DNA from: Octopus bimaculoides
Lineage: Eukaryota
Assembly: GCF_001194135.2 (NCBI RefSeq)
Contig: NC_068990.1
Span: 70,750,189-70,814,188 of the forward strand
Direction of reading: 5' to 3'
DNA length: 64,000 nucleotides
Position 1 is the first letter of the stretch. Every line of letters begins with the position of its first letter. Both the position numbers and the translations under genes were made by a program. The notes under the pieces were generated by a model. That model had not been told where the DNA came from. It ran no database searches and saw only the letters and a program-made list of their open reading frames with translations. Below are positions 49,916-61,894 of the stretch, piece after piece.

Positions 49916-51251
49916 AAGGAAGAGAGGGGAAAAGAGAAAGGAAATGAGAGAGAGATGTATAGCCTTAGAAATAGGTAAAAGGTGGACGAAGGGTGATATG
50001 GGGTGGTATGATGGCTTGCAGTGAAGAAAGTAGATGGTAGTGGGTATTGAATGCAGGCAGTTACAATGCTACCCCTCATTACACAGGTGTTGTAATGGAA
50101 AAGAAGTAGCGTGATAAAAGGTAATGATGGGAGTGAATTAATATGGACAGTTCTAATATTGTTACAAAGGCAGTGTGATATAGTGAATAGAAGAGAGAAT
50201 GATAGATAAGAGAGGAAGAGGGTAGTAGATAGAGAGTTAACAGCAATATAATGTAATAGGCAAGAGACCCAAAAGTAGATATATTATTTAACACAACAAT
50301 GTTTTGGGAAACATAAACAGCATTCACATGAATTTTAAAGAAATCAAATGAGCTTAGTTGAATTGCTCTAAAACTTCAACTAAATTTCCCTGCATTAACA
50401 AAAAAATGACTGAATTGAAATGTAGTTCTGAGTTACAATTGAAGCAACAGACAAATTGTTTAATAGTTTAGCATAATAAAACAGCTTTGTTGTATTGCAG
50501 AATATGTGTCAAACAAGAAAACTCATTAGTTTGACAACAAGGATACTGATATTATTGCAGAAGTAGATATAAAGACATAATTACTCTGATGAAGTGGACA
50601 TTATATCACATATTAAATCTCATAGATTAAAAATCATCCTACACCATCTGAAGTCATTTCACTCATTTTTTTCTACAGTTGTTATCAAAATTTGTGTAAA
50701 AAATAAACAGAATATGAATGGAGTAGCAAACTAAAGTGAACAGTAATAAATGCAGAATGAAGATAATTGTGAATATCATCGTCATTATTATTATCATTTA
50801 ACATCTACGTTCCTTGCCAACATTGGTTGGATAGGTTGACAAAATCCAATGAGTGCAAAGACTATATTGTGCTCCATTGTCAATTTTGGAATGATGTCTA
50901 TGAATAGATGCCCTTCTAATGTCAACCACTTTACAGCATGTACAGGGTACTTCTTTTGTGACACCACCCCTAGTCAGATCGCATTGCAGCTTACAAAACT
51001 ACGAGCCCTGAGAGTAGTGGTTTTATGCTGGGAGATGGGGAGAGAGTTGAAATATTAAAGAAGGAGCTTGACCAGAACTAGTATCTTCCTGTCAAGGGGC
51101 TACATGGAGTCCCTTTACACTGGAGCATGATGCAGTCCTTAGGCTCATCAGATCCTGTCAAATTGTTTAACCAATGCCAGCATGGAACATGGACATTAAA
51201 TGATGATAATGGTATTAATAATTAAAATATATTATATGTACAGAAAATAGA

Positions 51252-52350
51252 TTCCATCACATGCCAGGAGGGAAAACTAGAAGTAGTTGATAGCTTCCAT
51301 TACCTAGGTGACCAATTCAGTAGTGGGGGTGGGTGCTCCAAGAGCATAGCTGCTAGAATGAGAATAGGTTGGGCAAAGTTCTGAGAGCTTCTACCTCTGC
51401 TGGTAACAAAGGGCCTCTCCCTCAGAGTAAAAGGCAGACTGTATGATGCCTGTGTGTAGCCATGCCACACAGCAGTGAAACATGGGCTGTGACTGCCGAG
51501 GACATGTGTTGGCTTGTAAAATATGAAGCTAGTATGCTTCGCTGGATATGTAATGTCAGTGTGCATGCACAACAGAGTGAAAGCATCTTGAGAGAAAAGT
51601 TGGGCATAAGAAATATCAGATGTAGTGTGCAAGAGAGATGACTGCACTGGTATGGTCGTGTGATGCATATGGTCAAGGAGAGCTGTGTGAAGAAGTGTCA
51701 CACTCTAATGGTGGAGGTCTACCTCTTCTACCTGTAGAAGAGGTAGACCCAGGAAGACATGGGACAAGGTGGTGAAGTACAATCTCCAACTGTTGGGCCT
51801 CATAGAGACTGAGACCTTTGGCGATATGCCATGCTTGAGAAGACTCATCAAGTCAAGTGAAATTGTAGCCATGGCCGATGCCCGTGTTGCATAACTGACC
51901 TACTAAAAGCACCCTTCGAACATTGGGCAATATGCTGTGCTTGTGAAGACCTGTTTAGTCAAGTGAAATGTGGTCAATGCCAGTGCTGTCTGATTGGCAC
52001 CCATGCTGGTGGCATGTAAAAAGTACTATTCAAGTGGTGGGCCTCATGGAGGCAGTGACAGGTAACCAAGCCCTTTGGTGATATACTGTGCTTGTGTAGA
52101 CCTATCAAGCCAAGTGAGACCATAGTCATGGCCGATGCTGGTGTCAGGTCAATGGCACTTATGCCATTGACATATAAAAAATGCCCACTACACTCACGGA
52201 GTGGTTAGCATTAGAAATGGTATCCAGCCGTAGAAGCGTTGCCAAATCAGATCAGAACCTGGAGCTGCTACCTGGCTTACCAGTTTTCAGCCAAACTGTC
52301 CAACCCATGCTAGCACAGAAAACGTACGTTAAATGATGATGATGATGATT
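51252..52350 (+). mobile_element. RTE-clade LINE 3' portion with tandem-repeat 3' UTR and (GAT)n tail
   Basis: Same family as 20870-22041 (FHYLGDQFSSGGGCSKSIAARMRIGWAKF...). Confidence 0.85.
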
Positions 52351-52617
52351 TAGGGCTAGATTAATAATTAGTTTGCTAATAAAATGGAATATATTCGAAA
52401 TGTTATGGTTTAGTATATTCCAATTAGTTTCAATATACAATATTATAATAATTATTAGAATTTTCAAATGAGTGTTTTATGTAAAATCATAACACTAAAC
52501 AGTTAACACAATTAAATGAGAAACTGCAGATATTTTTAATAAAAGTTACATTAGAACATTTAAAATGTTTTTACTGTATCCAATAATGTAAGTGATGAAA
52601 TAAGAGAAGGTACTTAC

Positions 52618-52671
52618 TTCATTTGGAGATTTAGCATAAACTAAAATTCCTTTATCTAAAAAGAAATATCT
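52618..52671 (-). CDS. OSBPL6: ORP3/6/7-family (OSBPL3/6/7) oxysterol-binding protein, PH-domain exon A (RYFFLDKGILVYAKSPNE)
   Basis: Minus strand reads tcttttcag|AGATATTTC...CCAAATGAA|gtaagt; 54 nt, phase 0-0. The peptide matches the RYF..KGIL.YAKS strand of ORP3/6/7 PH domains. The symbol denotes the subfamily; the exact vertebrate paralogue cannot be assigned. Confidence 0.92.
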
Positions 52672-53330
52672 CTGAAAAGAAGAGAAGAAATGTTCATGTT
52701 AAAAAGAATGAATTAAAGATATAGTTTATAATAACTTTGAAGATATAATAATAGCATATAATAATAATGACAAAAGTAAATGCAAACTTAAAAGCTTGGA
52801 ATAAGCCAGCAATTTAGTACATTTGTTCATGTTCTACAAACAGGAACATTTCACCAATTAAAAAAATACATGATTTGCAACAGAATTTTATTCAGAAGGA
52901 AAAAAAAAAATGAAAATAATTAAGAAAGAAATAAAAATAATAATTTTGCTGTGCTTCTTATTCTGTTACATCTAGTGGAAAGGAAAATAATGAGTTCTTA
53001 AAATAAAAATAAAAAGAAACAAATTCAATAAACTAGATAAGCATTTTACCATATTTAAAATTTACAACAAATAGATAAAAAATTATTTTTAAAAGGGGAG
53101 GACAGCACTCCTGACCCTTTTGCCAGGCATGCTAATGATTCTGCTAGGTTGGAGTAAAATAATAATAATAATAATAATAATAAGAATACATGAAGATATT
53201 TCATTACTGCCCCTGCCACTTCCCATCCCAAAGCTTTCAGTCATACTATAATATCTCTTATCCTTCAATCACCCTAGGACACTGGGTGTGCCTCAGTAAG
53301 TGATTGTAACAAACATGTAGATTAAAAGTA

Positions 53331-53380
<50 letters not shown>

Positions 53381-53391
53381 TAATAATAATA

Positions 53392-53614
53392 ATCCATTTT
53401 ACTATAGGCACAAGGGCTGATTTTGGGGGAGAAGTCTGCTAGTTGATTACATGAACCCAGTACTCAACTGGCACTTATTTCATCAATCCCCAAAAGGATG
53501 AAAAGCAAAGTTGACCTCAGTGGAATTTGAACTGAAAACATAAAGATAGATGAAATGTTGCTAAGCATTTTCTCCAGTGTTCTAGCGATTCTTCAAGCTT
53601 GCTGGAAGAATCAC

Positions 53615-53659
<45 letters not shown>

Positions 53660-53905
53660 CAATAATAATAATAACAATAATAATAATAATAATAATAATA
53701 ATAATCCTTTCTACTATAGGCACAAGGCCTGAAATTTTTGGGGAGGGAACCAGTCGATTACATCAACCCCAGTGTTTCACTGGTGCTTAATTTATCAACC
53801 CCGAAAGGATGAAAAGCAAAGTTGACATCAGCAGAATTTGAACTCAGAATGTAAGGACAGGCAAAATATCACCAAGCATTTTGTCCAGCATGCTAATGAT
53901 TCTGC
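53392..53905 (-). mobile_element. Two head-to-tail SINE family B copies (53392-53605, 53703-53905) separated by (TAA)n
   Basis: Both read ...ctactataggcacaagg...aaaggatgaaaagcaaagttgac...gaatttgaact...; long TAA arrays lie between and around them. Confidence 0.85.
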
Positions 53906-53924
53906 CTTAATAATAACAATAATG

Positions 53925-53977
<53 letters not shown>

Positions 53978-53978
<1 letters not shown>

Positions 53979-56340
53979 GAGATGAATACAAAAGAAGAGA
54001 AAAGATAGAATGTAAAGAACCATACTGGCATAGATGAATTTGTGAGAAACAAATTTAAAAAGAGATTAGGACAAGTTGATAGACTGAAAAGAGGGGAATT
54101 GCAGAACAAAAGCATAAGAATAACACAGAAAAGAACATATGGAATAAGAGATAAAGAGTATGGATGTGATATTGGAAGAACTGAAACAAAGAGTAGTAAC
54201 AATCAAGGCAAAGCTGGTAAGATATGACAATAGATCAAAACAATTCAGGCAGAACAGATTGTTTGAAGCAAATCAGAAAAAAACAGTTTCAGAAACTAGA
54301 TGAACAATTACATGTAGCAATGATACCAGATGCAGATGAAAGCAAGGCATTCTGGGGAGGAATCTGGGACCAACTTGTAAAGCATAATGATGAAGTGAAG
54401 TGGTTGTATGAAATCCAAGATAGGTTAAGAAATATAGAAGACCAAAAAAACATAAAAATAACTACAGAAATGATAAAAAAAAAAGCAGTTAAGGAAACTC
54501 CCAAATTGGAAGAGCCAGGACAGGATGGGATTCAAGGTTATTGGATGAAGAAGCCAAGAGGGCTCCATGAAAGAATAGCGCAAGAGCTAGATGAGTGCTT
54601 GAAGGAAGGCACTGGCTGGCAAAAGGTAAGACATTGTTATGCGCCAAAGATCCTGAAAAGGGTCATATTGCATCCAACTTTCAACCTAACTTTCTGCTAA
54701 TGTTGAAACTATTATCAGTTGCTTTGGTCAGTGAACTGTATAGACACTTAGAAAAAAGTGGGCTGCTACTTATTGAATAGAAAGGGTGCTGAAAGAGGAG
54801 CCAGGGAAGAAAAGATCATCTGTTAATTGATAGTCTAAATATCAGAAACAGCAAGAGAAGACACACTAACCTGAGATGGCATGGATTGACTATCATAAAG
54901 CATAGGATATGATACCACACTTTTGGATAACAAGAACCATGCAAATGTATGGGGTAACAGAAAACATGAAAAGCCTTACATCGAACAGTATGAAATGTTG
55001 GAGAACTGAATTGACAGCAAGGTATCAGGAGAGGTGAGAATCAAAAGAGAAATCTTCCAGGGAGACAATGTGTCCCCACTGATCTTTGTGCTGGGAATGA
55101 TCCCTTTGAATGAAATACTACAGAAAACAAAGTTGGGGTATGATCTGGGAAGCAGTAAGGGAAAACTGAACCACTTGCTATTCATGGATGACTTGAAGTT
55201 GTGGACAGAGGAGGAGCTAAAAGAATGAGACAGGAAGATAAGAAAGCTCTTAATGATGCATGGAGCCCATCATCTATGTGCAGACACTGATTGAGGAAGG
55301 GAAATGATAAGTGTGAATGACTGCATACGTATCAAACTTGGGAGCTTAATGAGATACTTATCGCAAAGTAAGGAAACCTTGCTTGTGTCAATTAGGAATG
55401 TGGGAGTATTGAAAGCAGAAAAAAAGAGAAAAACAAAGGAACAAGTACAAAAAGGACATGAAAAAGTATTACGCAACAAGGGACTCCACAATGAATTCCA
55501 CATGGCCACAACTGAAGTTGCTGGAAAACATAGATGGGATTGACTGAAGAAAGGAACACTGAAAAAAGAAACTGAGAGCACTATACTGGCAGTGCAGGAC
55601 CAAGTATTGGCCATGAATTGGAGGGTCACCATTAGGAATGAGGAAATGTCTCCACTGTACCACATGTGTAATAGAATGGACGAAACCATTGCTTATGTTG
55701 TGAACAAATGTCTTAGGCTTGCCCCAAACCACTGCAAGCTGTGGAAACACAATGAGGTAGCAAAAGTGCTACATTGGAAACTGAGCAAAAAGTGGTGGGG
55801 GAGGTTAGACAGAAGCAAGACTTGGTATGAGCACAAACTGCGGAGAGTGGCAGAGTCGGACACCTGCAAAATCTTCTGGGATTTCCCAATCCAAACAGAT
55901 CGGGTGCTAGAGCATAAGAGACCAGACCTAGTGGTGGTGGATAAGATGCACCACATACGTTATATAGTTGATGTTGCATGCCCCTTTGACCCATGAATAG
56001 TCAAGAAGAAAGTTGTAAAAACAGATATATACAATTTCCATAAGTACAAAATAGCCCAACTATGGAAAATGAAGATGAAGATAGGGCCAATTATTGTTGC
56101 TTCCTTAGGGACAGTATCAGAAGGCATCAAGAGGAATATAAAAGAAATCAGAATAGAGTGTCAAGTACAACTGTTGCAAAAAGTTTACCTCCTTAGCATA
56201 GCCAGAATAATCAGTAAAGTATTAAATAGTTGAAAAGAAAAGATAGCATGGTACCATATGCTGCAGGCATCAAACCCGTTACGCATGCAAGACTCCAGGA
56301 GTTACAACAAAACCTGAGATACAAAGAATAAATAAATAAA
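53978..56340 (+). mobile_element. R4/Dong-clade element, decayed with internal deletions
   Basis: PGQDGIQGYW, IFQGDNVSPLIF, LLFMDDLKLW, LKKETESTILAVQDQ, KIFWDFPIQTD..RPDLVV..VDVACPFD, LLQKVYLL. It starts at a (TAA)n array. Confidence 0.9.
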
Positions 56341-56348
56341 TGGAGGAG

Positions 56349-56487
56349 TGCCCTGAAGCGGTACCAGGCAGTGACTCTCATGGCTTTTAATCTTAACTGA
56401 TTAGAAGTGTTATCATGTACATATTTTGTAGCAGGGAAGCATCTTAGCCATGTGTTGAGAGGAATTCTTTGGGGTTTGAATAATTCA
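56349..56487 (+). mobile_element. Internally deleted fragment of the ~565-bp element at 57227
   Basis: Matches the first ~80 bp of the 57227 element, then jumps to its agcatc-tagccatgtgttg...gaataattca segment. Confidence 0.8.
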
Positions 56488-56504
56488 AAGAAGAACAAGT
56501 ATTA

Positions 56505-57200
56505 AGGACTAACTATGTGAAGTGTAGAATTGACAACACTACTGAGAGCAACAAATGTGGAAAGTGTGGTGAGAGGGGTGAAATGGTACAGCACATCATT
56601 AGCAAATGCCTCAAATTGGCACAACACGAATACAAAAGACATGACAATGTGGCAAGAATGAGCCATTGGGAGCTCTGTGGAAATCACAGCCAACAAGAGC
56701 AAAGACATGGTTTGAGCAAACTGTAAAAGGAGTCACCAAGAATGAACATTGCAAAATTCTGTGATGCAATGATTCAGTGCAATCACTTGACTAGACATAA
56801 AAAAACCAGACGTTGTTGTGGGGAAAAAATAAAAAGACATGCATGATAATTGACATAGCATGTTCTGGTGACAACAGGATCAAAGAGAAAGAAGAAAAAC
56901 TTAACTACAATGATTTGAAGTGGGAAATACGAAGGTTGTGGTCAATGAGGAGAGTAGACATGATACCAATAGTAACTGACGCACTTGGAAGTATCAACAC
57001 TCAACTACCAACATGGCTCAAATAGACTGGTATAAATGTAAAGGTAGAACACCTATAAAAATCAGCATTGTTTGGAACTGCAAGAATTCTTCACAGCATT
57101 CTTAAAGCACGACCACTAAACAAGTGTCACCTTAATCTGCCGGCTGTGGACATCCGATACTTTCCATCACACTCAGCAAAATAAGCTGAGAGTATTCATC
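56505..57200 (+). mobile_element. 3' fragment of another R4/Dong-like family (CCHC + RLE)
   Basis: KCGKCGERGEMVQHIISKC..LAQHEYKRHDNVA..HWELC, PDVVV, CMIIDIAC, DLKWEI, ALFGTARIL. Confidence 0.88.
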
Positions 57201-57226
57201 AAGTAGTAGTAGTAGTAGTTGTAGTA

Positions 57227-57791
57227 TGCCCTGATGAAATACCAGGCAGTGGCTTTCATGGCTTCTAATCCTAACTGATTGGAAGTGTTATCATGTACAT
57301 TGTTTTGCCTTGGTATAACAGATGGGCTACAGTAAATATTCTGCTTAATACCACAGATTTGCTTGTCAGTTGCTTGATCTTAACCAGTTGAGCATGTCCC
57401 TTTAGTGACTGACGATATGTGCATCGCTGATCATGAATAGAAGTAGTGGGGGAGCATCATAGCCATGTGTTGCAAAGAATTCTTTGGGATTTGAATAATT
57501 CACCAGTGGAAACATGGGTGTTTCGTTCATCATCCTTAAACAAACCTTATTCAGGGACCTTTTGAGCAGGATGGGCTACTCAACCTGAAGAAAATTCTAA
57601 CTGGGCCCCACCTGCAAGATCATGTGCTTTTTATCTTGATATAAGATCACCACGTTGCACACATATGGTTGCAATGCATGTGCCTGGTGTACCCTTATCA
57701 GATGGGTAGTTATGATGGGTATACTGGGCTTCATATAATTGTACCCCAGTGTCACTTTGATGGCATGCACTGCTCTCTCACTCAATAATAA
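57227..57791 (+). mobile_element. ~565-bp non-coding repeat ending in ctcaataataa (unclassified non-autonomous element)
   Basis: GC-richer non-coding block with a second partial copy at 56349. It ends in a TAA run and follows a (TAG)n run. Confidence 0.7.
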
Positions 57792-58249
57792 GTATGAAAG
57801 CAAGAAAGCTTTTTGCTGGATGTCTATGATGTGGTCAGTGATACTCTGTTTCAGCTGCAGTGAAGTACAGTATCATTGAAGAGATATAGCAAAATATTGG
57901 TGACTGGGTTGTAGATGTACAATGATGATCATGATGATGGTGATAGCTCATCACCATCATAATACATCTGTTTTCCATGCTGGCATGGGTTGGACATGTT
58001 ATTACAATTTGAACCATTTTATATTGAGAGTCACTGATCTTACAGACTGGTGTTTGTCTGTCTCATTTGGCCAAATTTCTACAGTTGGATGCATTTCCTA
58101 TTTCCAGCCACTATCAAGAGCATACTGAGTGCATTTCATAGCATTAACTCTAGAGAGGTTGAATTGGCCAGATGGGACTAAAGGTACCTCACACCCTATA
58201 AAATTATTTCAACAATATGTCACCCACTTTCTCCACACACTATGCTTGT

Positions 58250-58457
58250 CTTTCTCCCTGCAAGACAGAGTTGCAAGAGCACAAAGAAAACATGAGCTGT
58301 GCAAGTCCAGAGTCAACTCCTTGCCTTCATTTCCAGCTGACCACTAATGCCTGACCTGTGACATGCATCAGCCTGATTGGTCAGAGCCGGATACACAGTG
58401 CTCCATCTTCTCCCATGTAATGTCCTTGGTCATCATCGACAACGATGGATGAACATT
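58250..58457 (+). mobile_element. RTE-BovB-like LINE 3' terminus (decayed)
   Basis: The ORF end resembles the C..C....IG..SH.R.C zinc knuckle (ctgacctgtgac...ctgattggtcagagcc), followed by ggtcatcatcgacaacgatggatgaac. Confidence 0.5.
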
Positions 58458-58469
58458 ATATGGTGGCAA

Positions 58470-58920
58470 GCTGGCAGAGTTGTTAGTATGCCAGACAAAA
58501 TGCAAAGTCGACTTCAGTGGAATTTTGTCTGTCACCACACTCGGAGTTCAAATTCTGCTGAGGCCAACTTTGTCTTTCATCCTTTTGGGGACAATGAAAT
58601 AAGTACCAGTTGAGCACTGGGGTTGATTTAATTGACTAGCCCCCTCTCCCAAAATTTTAGATCTTGTGCCTATAGCAGAAAAGATTATTATTACTATTAT
58701 TATATAAGGTAGCAAACTAGCAGAATCATTAGCACACTGGGCAAAATGTTTAGCGGCATTTCATCCATCTTTATGCTCTGAGTTCAAATTCCACAGAGGT
58801 TGACTTTGCCTTTCATCTTTTTGGGGTAGATAAAATAAGTACCAGTTAAGTACTGGGGTCGATGTAATCAATTTACTGCCTTCCCCGAAATTGCTGGCAT
58901 GGTGCTAAAATTTGAAATCA
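58470..58920 (+). mobile_element. Two tandem SINE family B copies (58470-58690, 58706-58920)
   Basis: Each has ggcagaat/gagt..tag.., gagttcaaatt, gactttgcctttcatcc and aagtaccagtt, and ends in (ATT)n. Confidence 0.88.
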
Positions 58921-58973
58921 TTATTATTATCATTATACTCTTCCACACAGGCAACTTACCCAACCACACATCA

Positions 58974-59015
<42 letters not shown>

Positions 59016-61894
59016 TTTCTCATCCTTCACCTGTCTATGGTATTAACATTGCTATTCTGCTGCTCTTCACATCCATACATCACTAGACACCCTGCCTTAT
59101 CCACCATTCAATACATCAACCCCTCAACACTTGTTCTTTCAGTATATTCACACACAACCTCAGTCCCTCACCCATTTCTCACACAATCTTATAATCCTCC
59201 AACCATCCTCATTACCAGTTCTTTTGTCCCTATTCACTTCTATTTACCATGTACCTTAGGGATCCTCACACAGATACCTCACCACCACTATTTTTTTATC
59301 TCATCCCAGCTCCACCTTAATCATTCCCACCTTCTCTTCTAAAATATGAGTAGTCATGTACCTCCTCTACAGCAAGAAACCTGCTCTGCTTTGGTCCCTT
59401 CTCTCAACCCCATATTTCCATATCTCCTAGTATAAAGCTACCTCTCTCAAGGTTTGTAGTCATGCAAAGCTGCATGGTGACCTCACTAGTGCTGGAGACA
59501 AGGAAACACCACCTGGTACATGCTGTAAAGTGACTGACATTAGGAAGGGTATCCAGCCATAAAAAAAAACATGTGGAGTAGACAATAGAAATGATACAAA
59601 CTTTTCAACTTATGCCAGCATGGAACATGGACATATGATGAGGATGATGATGAAGAAGTAAAATTGAACACAACAAACGTCTTGTGTGTTTTAATGGTTT
59701 TAGCAATTTAACTAGTATGCAAGTGATTTAATCCCAACATAATCTCAGATTTACAAAAATTCTGTTTATATTTGCAGTTGATGCTTTTTCATCACAAAAA
59801 GCATCCCTCAAACGAAATCTATCCCAAACTCTTATCTCTATGAAAATGAATAAATATTACAGACTGCATGAACTTATTTTCTTTGAGGTCAGTCTCTAAA
59901 CTAACAAAGACTTCTTTCATAAGAAATGTCATTTAAGCGTGTTTAGTTAAATATAGTGTATCACATTCATATCAAGTGCTATGTTATCTTTAAAGAACTT
60001 TCCCAAGAACATTTTTCTAATGGAAGCAGTATGATGTCATTGTATAAGGCATCTCTACCACACTAATATCATAGAAATAAAAATAAATATTCTTCTTAAA
60101 TTCCTAATTTGTAATTTAACAATTTATCTTTTCTTCTTTAATATAACACTTAATCGGTTTCATTTCTTGATCTAATTCCAAATACATAATTTCACTTGTA
60201 ACCACTTCCAAGTTTCTCTAGTCTTTCATTCAATTCCTGACAACCTTTAATTTATCTAATTAGCTTAGACACTTATTTTAGATTTCATCTGAAAGAAATA
60301 CTTATTTTAGATTTCAGCTGAAAGAAATACTTCAAAGGAAAATAAGAATTTGTAAAAACTGCTTATTATGAAATAACAGATTCAGTAGAGTAATTTCATC
60401 AAATCAGTTAGACACTACTGGATTAATTACCATAATTACTAAAATTACTAGTTTGACTTCTTGCAGAATAGCGGTAGTTAAATAAAAAATTTGACTAAGG
60501 AGTAAGTTACAGAGAAGGAAATTTGATGAAGTTTTTTGTTTGGGATCTGGTATGGAAGATATAGTTGTGGTGGTAGAAGGAAATAAGATTGTAAGATTGC
60601 ATCAAATTATGGAAGGGGTTAGTTAAAGTTGGCAACATCAAAGGAGAAAACATCATTGTGGAATTGAAAGAACAGAGAGGCGGAGGGGTGACATTGGTTA
60701 GAGAATGTAGATCAGTGGAGACTTTCCTGCAAGTCAACTCCTGTTGAAGTCAACTTATCAACACAAGAAACGAAAAACAAAACATGTAGGAATCAAGTAC
60801 TGGAGCCTATAACTCCCCTTTGTGCCAAACTTAGAAATCGTTATAGATAATTACGAAGCTGTGAAGTAGGCTGGCATTAAAGTTTTAGAACATTCAGTCT
60901 GTGAGTCAATTTAAAGTTCTTATTTACAAAATATCTTAAGATATATCATTGACTCTTTGGAACTTTTCTATTATGTAATAACTTCCTATTTCCCTCTCAT
61001 ATAGATATGAGAAGCTGTGCCTAAATTAAAGATCATATCTAAATTTACATACTATTGGTTATCCCTTAGGCTCTACAATACAAATTTTCTGTTTTAAAGT
61101 GATCTAAAATTAAAACATTTCATCAAATTTCATGTAAATTAATGTCCCAAACACCAGCTTAATAGTGACAAAGTTATTTTTATTAAATTCTTCATTATTT
61201 TCAAACATGTTGAAGTTGCAGGGAAAAAAATATTTAAAAAAATTACTTTTCTAAAGCTACAGGAGGAGTTCTTAATGCAGATCCAACTCAGAGACTGTTT
61301 TGTCAGATTACACATTGAAACGATACCTAATAAATTCCTCCAGAACTAAAATAGCCAAGACAGAACAGCAATCCAGGAAGATATTGCCTAGATTTTTAAA
61401 AAATCAATGCATATCAATAACATCTTATAGCACATGATGCGCCAGCTTAGAAAATATAAAAATATCGTGATATAATAGTAACTTGTGTAAAGTCAAATGA
61501 AGTGTGTCAGGATATAGCTTTAAACAGCAAGATTATCATCTGACAAATATTTACTGCAAAAACTATAACAGGAAATAAAATGCTTGTTGTGAGGTAAAAA
61601 CACAAAGGAAATTGCACTAAAAGTAGTACCATTGATACATTTTTAGCTTTCATAATTGAGATTAATGCTTAAAGGATATTATTTTCCTGTTTCTCAAATG
61701 TTTAGAAACTATATTAACTTCTTTCATCACAAACATTTTCTGAATGATTTTTGTATTTTATATGCAAGTATTAGATATTTTCTTTTTATTGATGTTTTAC
61801 AAATATTTTCCCAAGACCTGCAAGTGTTGGGTAGACTTTGCAGGTATGATTATTTGCATATTGTTCTCACCAAATTTTCAATATTCTTGTCCAT

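Noticed and set aside
60271-60332. 29-bp direct tandem duplication (also a 16-bp triplication near 4608-4650)
   Set aside because: Ordinary slippage duplications; two or three units without spacers, so not CRISPR-like.
60507-60780. 76-aa minus-strand ORF behind a cag acceptor-like site
   Set aside because: No donor before the stop, no homology, and the composition resembles decayed purine/pyrimidine-skewed repeat.
61247-61345. Minus-strand 99-nt open segment with ag/gt borders (FWRNLLGIVSMCNLTKQSLSWICIKNSSCSFRK), phase-compatible with exon A
   Set aside because: No resemblance to the expected ...KKRKWPxKGWHK exon, and inclusion would break the PH fold. Such signals arise by chance in AT-rich DNA.
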